DNA of 64,000 nucleotides, from positions 1,488,001 through 1,552,000 of the forward strand of contig CM097886.1 of assembly GCA_044892525.1 (NCBI GenBank), given 5' to 3'. The DNA comes from Schmidtea polychroa (Eukaryota). Of this stretch, positions 10,301 to 25,300 are shown in pieces. Below the pieces are notes generated by a model. That model did not search any database and was not told where the DNA came from. It saw only the letters and a program-made list of their open reading frames with translations. Both the position numbers and the translations under genes were made by a program. Within the stretch, counting starts at the first letter, position 1; each line of letters begins with the position of its first letter.

Positions 10301-13300
10301 TTGATTTAGTGGTTGTTGATCGAGTTGTAGTTGTTGGCCCGATTGATGTTGTTGATTTAGTGGTTGTTGGTCCAGTTGTTGTTGTTGACCCAATTGTTAT
10401 TGTTGATTTAGTGGTTGTTGCTCCTGTTGTTGTTGTTGGTCCAGTTGTTGTTGTTGGCCCGATTGGTGTTGTTGATTTAGTGGTTGTTGATCCAGTTGTT
10501 GTTGTTGGCTCGATTGGTGTTATTGATTTAGTGGTTGTTGCTCCAGTTGTTGTTGTTGGCCCAATTGGTGTTATTAATTTAGTGGTTGTTGATCCAGTTG
10601 TTGTTGTATGTCCAGTTGTTGTTTTTGATTTAGTGGTTGTTGCTCCTGTTGTTGTTGTTGATTTAGTGGTTGTTGATCCAGTTGTTGTTGTTGGCCCAAT
10701 TGGTGTTGTTGATTTAGTGGTTGTTGATCCAGTTGTTGTTGTTGGTCCAGTTGTTGTTGATCCAGTTGTTGTTGTTGATTTAGTAGTTGTTGATCCAGTT
10801 GTTGTTGTTGGCTCGATTGGTGTTGTGGATTTAGTGGTTGTTGATCCAGTTGTTGTTGTTGGCCCGATAGATGTTGTTGATTTAGTAGTTGTTGATCCAG
10901 TTGTTGTTGGCCTAGTTGTTGTTGTTGATTTAGTGGTTGTTGATCCAGTTGTTGTTGTTGATTTAGTGGTTGTTGATCCAGTTGTTGTTGTTGATTTAGA
11001 GGTTGTTGGTTCAGTTGTTGTTGATCTAGTTGTTGTTGTTGACCCAATTGTTGTTGTTGATTTAGTGGTTGTTGATCCAGTTGTTGTTGTTGGGGTGATT
11101 GGTGTTGTTGATTTAGTGGTTGTTGATCCAGATGTTGTTGTTGGCCCGATTGGTGTTGTTGATTTAGTGGTTGTTGATCCAGTTGTTGTTGTTGGCCCGA
11201 TTGGTGTTGTTGATTTAGTGGTTGTTGATCCAGTTGTTGTTGTATGTCCAGTTGTTGTTGTTGATTTAGTGGTTGTTGGTCCAGTTGTTGTTGTTGATTT
11301 AGTGGTTGTTGATCCAGTTGTTGTTGTTGGTCCAGTTGTTGTTGATCCAGTTGTTGTTGTTGATTTAGTAGTTGTTGATCCAGTTGTTGTTGTTGGCCCA
11401 ATTGATGTTGTTGATTTAGTGGATGTTGATCCAGTTGTTGTTGGCCTAGTTGTTGTTGTTGATTTAGTGGTTGTTGATCCAGTTGTTAATGTTGGTCCAT
11501 TTGTTGGTCCAGTTGTTGTTGATCCAGTTGTTGTTGTTGGCCCGATTGATGTAGTTGATTTAGTTGTTGTTGATCCCGTTGTTGTTGTTGATTTAGTGGT
11601 TGTTGGTTCAGTTGTTGTTGATCCAGTTGTTGTTGTTGACCCAATTGTTGTTGTTGATTTAGTGGTTGTTGCTCCTGTTGTTGTTGTTGGTCCAGTTGTT
11701 GTTGTTGGCCCGATTGGTGTTGTTGATTTAGTGGTTGTTGATCCAGTTGTTGTTGTTGGCTCGATTGGTGTTATTGATTTAGTGGTTGTTGCTCCAGTTG
11801 TTGTTGTTGATTTAGTGGTTGTTGGTTCAGTTGTTGTTGATCCAGTTGTTGTTGTTGACCCAATTGTTGTTGTTGATTTAGTGGTTGTTGCTCCTGTTGT
11901 TGTTGTTGATCCAGTTGTTGTTGTTGGCCCGATTGGTGTTGTTGATTTAGTGGTTGTTGATCCAGTTGTTGTTGTTGGCTCGATTGGTGTTATTGATTTA
12001 GTGGTTGTTGCTCCAGTTGTTGTTGTTGGCCCAATTGGTGTTATTGATTTATTGGTTGTTGATCCAGTTGTTGTTGTTGGTCCAGTTGTTGTTGATCCAG
12101 TTGTTGTTGTTGATTTAGTGGTTGTTGCTCCAGTTGTTGTTGTTGGCCCAATTGGTGTTATTGATTTAGTGGTTGTTGTTCCAGTTGTTGTTGTATGTCC
12201 AGTTGTTGTTGTTGATTTAGTGGTTGTCGCTCCTGTTGTTGTTGTTGATTTAGTGGTTGTTGATCCAGTTGTTGTTGTTGGCCCGATTGGTGTTGTTGAT
12301 TTAGTGGTTGTTGATCCAGTTGTGGTTGTTGGCGCGATTGGTGTTGTTGATTTAGTGGTTGTTGATCTAGTTGTTGTTGTTGGCCCGATTGGTGTTGTTG
12401 ATTTAGTGGTTGTTGATCCAGTTGTTGTTGTTGGCCCGATTGGTGTTGTGGATTTAGTGGTTGTTGATCCAGTTGTTGTTGTTGATTTAGTGGTTGTTGA
12501 TCCAGTTGTTGTTGTTGGCACGATTGGTGTTGTGGATTTAGTAGTTGTTGATCCAGACGTTGTTGTTGATTTTTTGGTAGTTACCGGTTTGTTAGTCGTT
12601 ATCGAAATGAATGTTCTAGATGTTGTACTTTCTTTCGGTGTTGTTCCACATGTTGATTCATCAACTGTATATGACATACATTTTGCATTTATGACAATTC
12701 TTGTTTTTGATTCAAATTTTTCTTCATATGTATCAATGAATGATTGATAACCGCTTTTACAAACACATTCCGTTGCATTCTTAACGATTTCTACCTTGCC
12801 CCAAATATCACTTTCATCAAGACATTGTCCACAATGAGGATTACAGAGATAATCTATTTGGCAATATGAATTTGGCTTATCTGGTAAACAATTGCAACAT
12901 TCGAGATTTTCATTCACGTTTGAACAAACCTTTATCTCCTCCTATATTAGAATTATGAAATTATTTCATGTTATGTTAAATTTGATGTAAATACCTTTCC
13001 ACATGTTTTAGTTGGATTCTGAGTTCGGCAACTGATTTTATTGTCAGAACAGTAGCAGATTTTGGACGAGCATTCCTCCTTAGTCATTGTAGTATTCAAT
13101 GTTTGATGATTCTGAAATATAAAAGATTTATCTAACAGTAATGAGTTTCAGTCAATTCTCATGTCAAATATCTATATAAAATTTGAGCCTTTCATATTTA
13201 ACATAATACTGATAAAAACGTTGACTGGATTTTTCTTGGCAAATGTTTTATTCTGGATCGAGTGACAGAAAGGATCTTATTTACTGGATATTTATGAGTG

Positions 13301-16300
13301 TATATATAAATAAAACTTTCGTATACTTGTATTATCCTAATTCCACATACGAAACCGAGCAAATGAATACAAATTGAGATAGTTCTTTTTTACTTTATTT
13401 ATTATTTAACCACATATCATAATATTTGGTAAGAAATTTTGGATCATGTAAAAAATCGTCAACTCTTGAAATATAAATAAACAAAATAAAATATTAATAA
13501 AATATAAATTGAAAATATATTAAATCTTTTATTTAAAAGATTTTGAAATTTTTGTTTATGTGAATCATTATTGTTGTTAACCAAAGGCAAGGATGCTGCA
13601 ATTTACTTGGAATGACGATGCCAAGTAAAAAATTGTATACGCTATAATAATGGCACTAGTTTATAAAAAAATGGTTTTTTGAAAACATATGCCTTCCGTT
13701 AGAGAAAATTTAAAGATATTGATATAATGGCCACAAATTTGAAACCAGCATGAAATATCTAAATTTGTAAAAGTGTCACGAACAACACATCAAAAAATAC
13801 GACAATTATTTATCGAAAGAATAAAAATTTATTTTCAAAAAAATCCCATTCGCCTTGATGGTCCTGATGTCTTTGTTAAATGTGATGAGACAATGTTAAA
13901 TCGCAAAGTAAAAAGCCATCGTAGATGTAGTCTGATAGAAAAAACATGGGGGTTCGTTATTATTGACACTTCGACTACACCAGCTTTGGGTTATATTGAA
14001 ATTGTTCAAAATCAGTCAAGGAATATTTGATTGCCCATTATCAACAGTATTGTTAGAACAGGTTTTATAATTCCACACTGATTAATGGCTACTTTATGCT
14101 AAAGTAAATTCCGTAATTTGTTTGAACATGACGCAATTACTCACAAATACCATTTGGTGTGTCTGATTAAGGGAGTGCATACTCAACACGTTTAACAATA
14201 AGCTTTAACAATCAGATAATGGGAACAAGAAAGGAAATGAAAGGGTTATATGATGTTGGTAGTAAAGATTTTGCTGTTGAATTTTGGTTTTTGGACAAGT
14301 TCAAATTTTTGGCATACAATAAAATGCCTAAATTATTGGCTTAAGATTATTTTTAATTTTTTCTCTTCTAATTGATGTAGCTTAACATTTTATTTATTTA
14401 AAAGCTTGACTATGAATCAGTAAATTTATCGATGTTTTTATTTGATATTCATGAAAAAGGCAGTGGCGGAAATTCGGGAATATTAAAAAAAATGTGAATA
14501 TATTTTCTGATTCACAGTCAAACTCTTCAATAAATACAATGTCAATTGAAAAGAAATCAGTGATGAAAATTGAATAAGTGTAGCTTAAATTGTTATTGTT
14601 TAATATATTCGTTTTTGATGTTCTGTTAAATGTTGTCTATTTTTGACATTTTTACATGATCCGAAAGTTCAAGCAGAACGAAGCCTGTTTCTGACATTTA
14701 TTTCAGATTTAAAAATTACATTATTCGATCACATTCAGATTATTCTACTAATTCTACATTTTTAACGAATTTCCTTATAAAACCATATTTTGTTGAATTT
14801 GTCTTTCAATAAATCTTATAATGCTTACTTTCTGAAAATTATTTTATACAAAATCTGACACTAATATCCTCTACATAATACAGAAAATGTTGGTAAATAT
14901 AAAACCAAAGTATTTTTGAATCAATGAAGTGAAAATATAAGTGAAAGATGCATATTTTAAAGAAATAAATAAATAGTAAACTTACCTGATAATATTTCCC
15001 GTCCAAAAAGCACCCGGTTATATTCTTGAAGCACCCAATCACTTCTAAATCTACAAATTTCTTGCTAGCTACGTCTTCTTTTTCGATGATAATTTCCACA
15101 GAAATCAGATATAGACCGATATCAATTGTAAGCTCCTTTTCATCCGATTGATAAGACTTTCTGGACATATTTCGCTTTTCGTTTATAAAGATCAATTCAA
15201 CCGAATGAAGCTGCTTTCCAATGATCAGCTGAATTCAGGAATGTTTACTAATAATAACAATAATTGACAATAATATTTCTACTTGATGAATAAATGGAAT
15301 TTCTCTATTTCCATTGTCGGTTAAATCAATCTTGATCGCTGTCGTCTCTTTTGTAGTTATTTCCAATCCAGACGAGTCAGATTTGCGCAATTTATATACA
15401 TTATTAATATTATTATTATTGTTATCCGATTTGCTGTTGATAGAGATTTGATGGTCAGCAATGAAAACGTTTGATACCATTCCATTAACCAATTTGCATG
15501 GGGCAGTTGTAGGTCTCGTTGGTAATGTCGTTGTAGAAATGGCTGTTGATGTCGTAGATTTTGTGGATGTTGGTGTCGAGGAAGAACTTGTCGTTACTCT
15601 TTCTTTTGTTGTTGATGATCCAGTTTTTGTTGATCCAATTGTTGTTGTTGATTTAGTGGTTGTTGATCCAGTTGTTGTTGTTGTTGGCCCAGTTGTTGTT
15701 GTTGTTGGCCCAGTTGTTGTTGTTGATTTAGTGGTTGTTGGTCCAGTTGTTGTTGTTGATTTAGTGGTTGTTGGTCCAGTTGTTGTTGATCCAGTTGTTG
15801 TTGTTGGCCCGATTGGTGTTGTTGATTTAGTGGTTGTTGATCCAGTTGTTGTTGTTGTTGATCCAATTGTTGTTGTTGATTTAGTGGTTGTTGATCCAGT
15901 TGTTGTTGTTGTTGGTGGTCCAGTTGTTGTTGATCCAGTTGTTGTTGTTGGTCCAGTTGTTGTTGGCCCGATTGGTGTTGTTGATTTAGTGGTTGTTGAT
16001 CCAGTTGTTGTTGTTGATCCAGTTGTTGTTGTTGGCCCGATTGGTGTTGTTGATTTAGTGGTTGTTGATCCAGTTGTTGTTGTTGGCCCGATTGGTGTTG
16101 TTGATTTAGTGGTTGTTGGTCCAGTTGTTGTTGTTGATTTAGTGGTTGTTGATCCTGTTGTTGTTGTTGTTGATCCAGTTGTTGTTGTTGTTGATGCAGT
16201 TGTTGTTGGTGTTGATTTAGTGGTTGTTGGTCCAGTTGTTGTAGTTGGCCCGATTGTTGTTGTTGATTTAGTGGTTATTGATCCAGTTGTTGTTGTTTGT

Positions 16301-19300
16301 CGAGTTGTTGTTGTTGATTTAGTGGTTGTTGCTCCTGTTGTTGTTGTTGGTCCAGTTGTTGTTGGTCCAGTTGTTGTTGGTCCAGTTGTTGTTGGTCCAG
16401 TTGTTGTTAATTTTGTGGATGTTGGTGTCGAGGAAGAACTTGTAGGAGTTGAGCCACAATTAGTTTCCACCTTTCCTGCACACAATATGTACGTTTCATT
16501 CTTGAATATCTCTGTTAGTGAATTTTTACAAAAGAAATTTTTACAGTCTTCTCTCCATTCATAATTCAAACAATTTTTATTACAAGTGTAGACTGAACAA
16601 TAACCATAAATACAGACTTTCCGTGTCGTTGATGTTCTTTTAGTTGAAATCGTTGAAGACTTTTCTGTTGAAGAAGAAATGGATAAACTTTGAGTAGGAG
16701 TGACACCCGGTGTTGTTACTGTTGATGAAGAAGTGGTTTTTTTTGGTCTCGTAGTAGATTCTGTTAATGTTGATGTCACGGTAGACGTTGTTGTTGAGTT
16801 CGGACTTCCAGGAGAACCACTGGTTTTCAATGTCGCTGTGATAGTTGTTTTAGGGGTAGTAACTGAGAATGTTGGAGATTTTGTAATAGTTGATGAAGTA
16901 GTGCTAATATATGGTGAATATATTGTTGTTGATTTAGTCGTTGTTGAAATAGTTTGACTTGAAATTGTTGTAGATGGTGTTGATTCTGTACTCGCCTTTT
17001 TAGAAGTTACAGAAATAGTTGGTAATGAAACCGATGTCGTGATTATTGTTGAAGTTGTTATTGTAGATTTTGTAGTATCTCCTGATATTGTTGTAGTTGT
17101 GGTAGGTGGAGAAGCAGTTGATGTTTTGGTTGATTCTGAAAATGTTGTAACTGTACTTGTTGTTTCTTTTGATGTTGATATGCAATTTTCTTGTTTAATC
17201 CGAGTACAAAATATTATGGTTTCATTTTTAAATGCTACTTTCAATTTACTAGAACAAACTAGATTATTACAATTTTGAGCTCTTCCTTCCTTATTTAGAC
17301 ATTCATTTTCACAAGTATACTCTGAGCAGAACACAAATGTGCAAATATTTGGAGGTTTGCTTGTAATTTTTGTTGATATGGAAGATGTAGTAGATTGTGT
17401 TGATGTAATTGTCACATATTTTGTGGACGTTGTAGTTTCATTACATGAGCATACAGGACAGCATTTATTTCTCTCTTCCAATATGGTTTTAATGCATCCT
17501 TCAGGACATTCTAAAATGGAACATTCTTTTCGTATTTCTTTGGTTTCTATTTCGTTTCCTTTACATAAATGAATTCTGCATTCATCTGTTGCGTCTATCC
17601 ATGATTCCCCAACCTTAACAAATTTTATAATTGGAAATATCATTAATATCATAAAACTTTAAAATNNNNNNNNNNNNNNNNNNNNNNNNNNNNNNNNNNN
17701 NNNNNNNNNNNNNNNNNNNNNNNNNNNNNNNNNNNNNNNNNNNNNNNNNNNNNNNNNNNNNNNNNNNNNNNNNNNNNNNNNNNNNNNNNNNNNNNNNNNN
17801 NNNNNNNNNNNNNNNNNNNNNNNNNNNNNNNNNNNNNNNNNNNNNNNNNNNNNNNNNNNNNNNNNNNNNNNNNNNNNNNNNNNNNNNNNNNNNNNNNNNN
17901 NNNNNNNNNNNNNNNNNNNNNNNNNNNNNNNNNNNNNNNNNNNNNNNNNNNAGTTTTCATGAATTAAAAGTCTTACTTTAAATTCTTTTCTAGTAATTGG
18001 ATCTAAGCATGGGCATTCTTTGACATTGATGCAATCTGTTCCATTAAAAACAAGAGGTTCTTTGCATTCACATATAGATCCATCACACAAGCCGTCTTTC
18101 AAACAATTTTCCTGGAATTTGAGGCAAATTTGTTTTCTGCAAGTTTGTAAAACTGATTCTTCAACGACTTTTTTACATGTAGTTGGACATATAATAGATG
18201 TTGTTGTTGCCGTTTTTGTTGTCGTTGATGCACTAAAAGATTATTTCAGTAAATTGGCTTATCAATCTTCAATTTACCAGTTGTCATCCCTCATGCATTT
18301 AAATCTGCCATTAATGAGACATTGGCAATAACTACACGGAATCTCAGTACCATTACTTGTTAACTGGGGCACACTTTCACCGGCCTAAAAACGATGTTAG
18401 CTTATAATTCAAGGTAATTTTCACAACTTTAATTTTCTTTCCATTAACTTTACAGCATGCACCAAGACAGTATTGAATGCCTGTGGCGATATCAACGTGG
18501 CGAAAATCGGTAGATGGACATTCACCGCAAATAAGATTGCTGAGATTGCAATAATTTCTAAACTGATTCAATTCCAAGTTTTCCAAATCTCCAATGTCAC
18601 AAGGCAAATCACACTTGTAGCTATATGTTGAGCACGGGGTTGGGGGAATACTGGATGATGGCAGACAATTACATTCGCAGATACACTTTTCATTCCTCGG
18701 CACAATCAATCCGTCACACTATGATTATATTATTGAAGTATGTATACAATAATTTAAAATTATTTGAAAATAAACCACGCATATAATTTTAAACCAATGA
18801 GGATTAATGAAATATCTATATATTGAATAAAATTCATTTTAACGATTTTCATTGGTTTGATTTTCAAGAAATTCTTTATTTTGATATATTTATCTAAAAC
18901 AAGTCTGAAATTAATTTTACAAAAACATTAATTGCAACAATATAAAGAATTATTTTATTATAAAAAGTATAAATGAAATTCGTTTTTTAGATAAAATTAT
19001 AAGATATATTTGGTGATATCGGCAAAAAGATGAAATATTAGGAATATTATTAGTCACAAAAAAAATCTAATTAAACAATGGCTGATAAGACGCAATAAAA
19101 ACTTTAAATGTACCTTTTTAGATGAACAACTTTCTTTGCAATTTCGAAGTTTGTCTCCATTTCTTGTACAGGTTAATGCTCCGTTTTGGTTGCAAACACA
19201 AGTGTCATCCTCGCAAAAGTCAACTTTTCTTATTATTGTTTCGCCAACCTGATAACCCAATTTCATTTTCCAAATAATTTTAAAAAATTCAACATACTTG

Positions 19301-22300
19301 TAAAGTTTGATTTTCAAACTTGCATACTAGAAAAACCATGATAATAAATTAAAAACGAAAAAGAAAAGTGTAATTGAAACTTACCAGAAATACGAGTAGT
19401 AGTTGTAGTTGACGTTAAGTTACAGACCATGCAGCAATCTATCATTACTTGGTTTTCAATAGGCTAGAAACAACTAAGTTGTCGATATAACTATAACACA
19501 AGTTCTTACGCAATTCAGAGGTACAACTTTACAATCATTGAATAGTTGTTTACTCAAAATACCATCGCATACATATTTCTTGCAATTTATTGTCCATTTT
19601 TCACCATTCTAAAATTCATTAGTTATTATTATTTAAAATAATGTATATATGCCCCAATATGTTCCCCTTTCCAGTCATTAACGTATTTTCGTGAAAATTA
19701 GTCACACATGCGTATTGAAGAGTTAGCAAAAAGTTAATAACCATTCAATTAGACTTCTAACAAATCTTTCAAAGTACATCGACAGTGGAAAAAATAGTTA
19801 ACTACCAGAATGTATACGTTCACAAAAACAGAAAGAAAAAAACATCCACTATATGTTCAGCTTTGCAAAGGGATTCTCGATGCATGATATCAAGTCACAC
19901 TAAAAATTGTTCAAAACGGCTTTAAGAGAACTAAACTCGTCATTTAAAGCAAGAATGCTAGTAAGAGCGAAGAATATTTTGAATCTAATAATAAATATCT
20001 TATTGAATTCGATACTGGATGAAGCTTGTGTGACGGAATCATTGAACCTTTGGAATAGCACGACTAACTAAACCAGTGTTGAATATCCTAAAAATAATTT
20101 TTCTCTTCGGCATCCTCAGATACAACAAAAAACAACAAATTTACTGCAAATCTTATTAAGAAAATATCAGTTGATTAATGCTTTGCAAATATAACGACAA
20201 AATGACCTGAGATTGTTTCTTGTTGCTAACTACGTTTATGCGAGGCTCAATTCCAGACAAGGTCGTTATTATTTCATTAATTTACCTTCCGTTAACGCTG
20301 AACATCGACGATTACAATGATATGATCTTCCGGATGGTAGAAGCGATTCTATCAATTTCTTGCTTAACTGTGAATAATACGCTACCATACATATTAAAAA
20401 TTCTGAGTTTTTTTATTCGTATGATATTTAATATGAAATGGCTTTATGCAAACTTTAAAAACTTAGTTTGAATACGTTTGAATTAAGTATTAAAAATAAG
20501 ACCTTACCTTTCTAATTCCACCATTTTCGTCTAAGCACATGCATTCTTTTCTCGAGACACAATCTTTGCCGTTGAAAAACAGGTTTTCAGGACATTCACA
20601 TCCAGGTCTAATAAATGTAATAATCATCGTTCAAGAATTGACTAATTTTTGTACTTGCACTCTTGTCGAGAACAATTCGAGAGTTGTTGAGCTTCGCACA
20701 TGGATTCACAAGTTGGCTTTACACAGAATGTATGGATCAATGGTGGTTTGCAAAATGGAGTGGTTGTCATTACAGTTGTGGTTGTTCGGATTGAAATTGT
20801 AGAAATGGGTAAACATTCGCAGCATTGGTTATCATTTTCAACCAATTTGTGAGTTTTCTAAATTCAACATTAACAATGTAAGATACAGAAATGAGTATTT
20901 TGAAAATCTTCTTCAAGTAAACCAAACTAAAAACTATTAAACTACCATACATTACTGGAGATGTCAACCGGGAATAAGATGTATAGCGGTTTAGAATTTA
21001 GAGAGCGATTCTCGGAAAAACAAAACAGTGGAGTAAATAAAAATGTGTAAACATGGAAATCCAACAAAGATTGTGGAAGACATAAATCATTGCTTGAAAT
21101 TTACACAGTAAATGAGGATTGCTAAACGTGGAGTTATTAATATGTTTACAAAAAAAACATTTCGTAGTCACTTATTTGAAGGGTTTAAAAAGTTTTAAAA
21201 ATTCTGTTTTTTAAATCGATAAACAATTCAAATATTAGATTGAAAAATATATTCTGTCCGCTGCCTGTAGCGATAAGATTAATCATGTTTCATATAATTA
21301 TTATGCAATAGTTTGCCAAATAAAATCTTATACCAGCGTTCGCAGAAAAATTTTAAAATCTCGTAACGGGCCGCGGTCAAAAAAGTTTAAGAAACGCTGC
21401 TTTATACGTTATTTCGAAAAACAAATAAATAAAAATTAAAAAGGTTATTTCTTAATTATAAATAAAGTAAGATGCCGTAAAAATCTCGCTATTCAAATCT
21501 AATGTACATCATTAAATACAAAATTTCGTGACTAAATTAATCCTTTATATTTGATTCATGAAATAATCCCATTAAGTACCAACTTTTTGCTGTATTGTTA
21601 GACAAAATTTTTACAGAATGTATACAATACGGAGAACATAAAAAAATAATATAAAAATTATTTAACCAAATAAAACTGCAAGTATTTCGCAAGTATATTT
21701 GTTCTCAAATGGGAACTTTGGGACTTAAAACATAAAAATATACATAATTGAGTTACATAAATGTATACATAATTGTTTCAACTTCTTCAACAAAATTTTC
21801 AAAGTAGTAAAAATTCTTTGAAATCATCGTTTTGTTCTTGAATTCATCTCTATCAAGTTTCTTCAAGATGCAAGGCTGAAAATTATGAAAATGAAAACTG
21901 TAATGTTTTATTTAGCAAATCTAGTTTTTACTGATGATATAAAAGTAACCGAATATAGTATATAAACTGCAATTCTGAAATATTCTTTAACCCTATGACC
22001 GCATAATTCGACTAAAGTCACACGAATTTTTTCCCTTTCGGCGCGTAAACCGACTATTGTCCATGGCTTGTAAAGAACGTTACCTTCGGACGCGTTAGTC
22101 AACTTTTGTGGCCTTGCATTCATAAACTGTGATATCAATTAGCATTTTCAGATCCAATTTTGTTTTTCGTTTAACGCTTTCAAATGGTTAATAGTTTCAC
22201 ATTATATATTCGTATATCCACAATTTTATGATTTATATTTTATATATACATATAATAAGAATATTAGGAATATTTTACAAATTACTTCAGCCAGTTAAAA

Positions 22301-25300
22301 ATGGGGTTTCCAAAAAAAATAAAATTAACTACTTTTGATTCTGATTTTATAATTTTATTCGAATTTTGAATATCTTTTATTTAATAAAAGGTTTTTCAAA
22401 GTTAACCAAACAGCTTGATATTTATCTAAACAAACAAAGAGAAATGTGCATAATTCTTATTGCAATTAAGATCTCTTTAGAGAAAATGCAGCATGATAGT
22501 CAATTGGTAAATAGTAAAACGAGATACAAATTAAAAACTAACCTCAGAACAGGTCAATAAACAGACTTTACGATGGGTCCAGGTGCCATTGATGCATTTC
22601 TTCATTAAGCAGTTGGTAAGGATGTCGGTAGTGTCTTCTTTGCATACAGATGTCGTGACTTCCTGTGTAGGAGTGGATGTTTCAGTTGTTGTTACTATAT
22701 ATGAGAAATATTACTAACAACCGTTTAAATGTTAATCTTTACTCACCGCTCTCATAACAAACTTTCACTATCAAATTCTTCACTGTCAAAGGCTTTCCAT
22801 CAATTGTAATGATCGATACTTTCACATATTCAAATTGTTCTCCGTTTTTGTCAGTTTTGTTGAAATAAAATTTAACAGTTTCAGTGCCAGTTGTTTTCTA
22901 ATGGAAAATATCAAAATTGTTCCTCACCGCAACTTGCAACTTACATATTCCGGTTGAATTATCTCTTCACTCTTCTTTCCGAATGTAACTGTCACAACTG
23001 AGTTTGTGTTGACATTGATTTCTAGGTTGACAATGTTCACTTCGGTGTTTGATTTCGGTGTCAATTTGATTACAAAACTTATTTCATTCTTGTTTGAGTT
23101 CCATTCTTTTTCACCTTTATACGGATCATTTAACTAATATCATAAATTCAATCTCTCAATACTTGTCAGTATCTTTTCCACATCTGTCACACTTCCGTTT
23201 GTCACGTTTTGTATTTCTACTTTCATCTTTTCGTTCTTTGTCAGAGTTACAACTTCTTTTGCACAAATCTCTGGAGTTGTTATTGTGGGTTGTGGAGATT
23301 TCGTAAATGTAGCTTGAGACGTAGTTGGAGTTGGAAAGCTTGAAGTAGATACTGAAAGAAGTCATTATTTCAAACAGTTTTACATCTAAAACTTCACTCA
23401 CCGCTCTCATAGCATACTTTCACTATCAAATTTTTGACTGTCAGAGTGTATGCAATGCTTGTTTGGATCAACACTTTCATGTATTCATATGGTTCTCCAT
23501 TTTTATAGGTTTTGTCGAAATTAAATTCCAACTTTTCTGAGCCCCTTGATTTCTGAAATAAACATTAAAATTGATAAAAAATGAATACATTTTCATTTTA
23601 TTATTACATATTGTGATTCAATTATCTCTTCACTCTTCTTTCCGAATGTAACTGTCACAACTGAGTTTGTGTTGACACTGATTTCTAGGCTGACAATGTT
23701 CACTTCGGTGTTTGATTTCGGTGTCAATTTGATTACAAAACTTATTTCATTCTTGTTTGAGTTCCATTCTTTTTCACCTTTATACGGATCATTTAACTAA
23801 TATCATAAATTCAATCTCTCAATACTTGTCAGTATCTTTTCCACATCTGTCACACTTCCGTTTGTAACGTTTTTTATTTCTACTTTCATCTTTTCGTTCT
23901 TTGTCAAAGTTACAACTTCTTTTGTACAAACCTCTGGAGTTGTTATTTTTGCAGTTGTTGAAGTCGTCACTTGAGTTGGTGTTGTTACTGAAATTCAGAG
24001 ATTATTACTTACACATTTCTATCTCAATCTTTACTCACCGCTCTCATAACAAACTTTCACTATCAAATTCTTCACTATCAAAGGCTTTCCATCAATTGTA
24101 ATGATCGATACTTTCACATATTCAAATTGTTCTCCATTTTTGTCAGTTTTGTTGAAGTAAAATTTAATAGTTTCAGTGCCAGTTGTTTTCTAAAAAGTTC
24201 ATACGATAAATATCGTATATTTTTGTTATAAATAATTAAGTCAAAACAATCACATTACTTTTTATGTTTATCTTATTTATCCTATTTAAAGGTCTCTCAT
24301 TCTACTCGTTTATAAGACCTCTTACTTCACCAAATCAACTATGAATGATGTCGACGAAAATATTTTAAGATGTTGGATATCAGTCTGACCTTAAACAATG
24401 AATATTCAAAGTTATTTTTTTTAATCAGTTTATAAGACAATAAGTATTCCATATTCATTAGTATTCATTAGCCAATTACTAGAAATTAACTTCTACTTAT
24501 AATGTATACCTATTTTTACCGCCGTTACTTATACTTGGTATTGACAAGTAATTACACGCAACCTGTACATCATATTTCCATAAAATCCAAAACACAAGCT
24601 TATTAAAATAGCTAATTTATACTAGAGATCAAATAAATTTGCAGATCAGTGAAATTTAAAGATGTTTCAAATATGTAAGTACAGAATATTTTAATGAAAT
24701 TATTCTGTTCTTCTATTTAACAAGACTAATTTATCATTTAGTTTTGGAGTAAAAAGGTCTGATTAACTGCCACTTTTTATTGCGGTAATATTTTATGATT
24801 TGGATTAATTATGATGAAAGAATTAAAAATTTTAAAAAACAACAATTAGCCTCCACTAGATTTTTCAACATCCATTTGTATACTACAGAATCATATAAAC
24901 CAGACGTTTAAAAAAATTATTGAAGAAGTTAATTGAATTTTTGAGATAATGCAGATATACCAAGAACTCAAACCAACAATTATGAAGGCATTTTTTATCA
25001 ATAGAGGCAGTAAAGAAATATGAAAAATGAGAACCAGTGAAATATTAGAAGAACCACACAGAAGTTCCATTTAAGAAACTTCCAAATTTAGCCTCACATT
25101 TGAAGATTGCTTTATCTGATAGAAAAAGTAAGGACTTTGCAGTCGAAATTTCTAGAATAATTGTCAAATTGGCCATTGGAGTTATATGTCCTACTATCAT
25201 AAACTGTATTCTTCTTTATCTGACATTTACTTCCATTTCTAATATTGCTTTACCTTTAGTTTCTAAAAATACTATCACTTACACATCTCAGTGTATTCAT

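Noticed and set aside
7406-11401. Gln-rich minus-strand ORFs (7406-8368, 10574-11401; also 15594-15866)
   Set aside because: Shifted frames of the same PTS repeat (ACA read as CAA). Only the Thr frame joins the flanking Cys-rich sequence and splice sites.
7400-12560. Regular short repeats that could be mistaken for a CRISPR array
   Set aside because: There are no unique spacers or cas genes. The repeats are codon-phased coding VNTRs in a eukaryotic gene.
7273-12747. Long + strand Val-rich ORFs (755, 202 and 829 aa; also 15461-16564)
   Set aside because: Antisense shadows of the (ACA)n Thr repeats of the mucin exon, with no independent coding signal.
14461-14480. Isolated cagtggcgga resembling the hAT terminus at 38656
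   Set aside because: No partner TIR, TSD or transposase sequence is recognisable nearby.
17649-17960. ORFs containing X runs (also 42161-42911 and 45345-45545)
   Set aside because: Artefacts of N-gaps. Only the flanking real exon segments were used.
21334-21399. Tiny hAT-like remnant (cagcgtt...aacgctg, right end gggccgcggtcaaaaaagtttaagaaacgctg)
   Set aside because: Only a 7-bp inverted match and a 6-of-8 TSD. The right end looks real but the boundaries cannot be supported.
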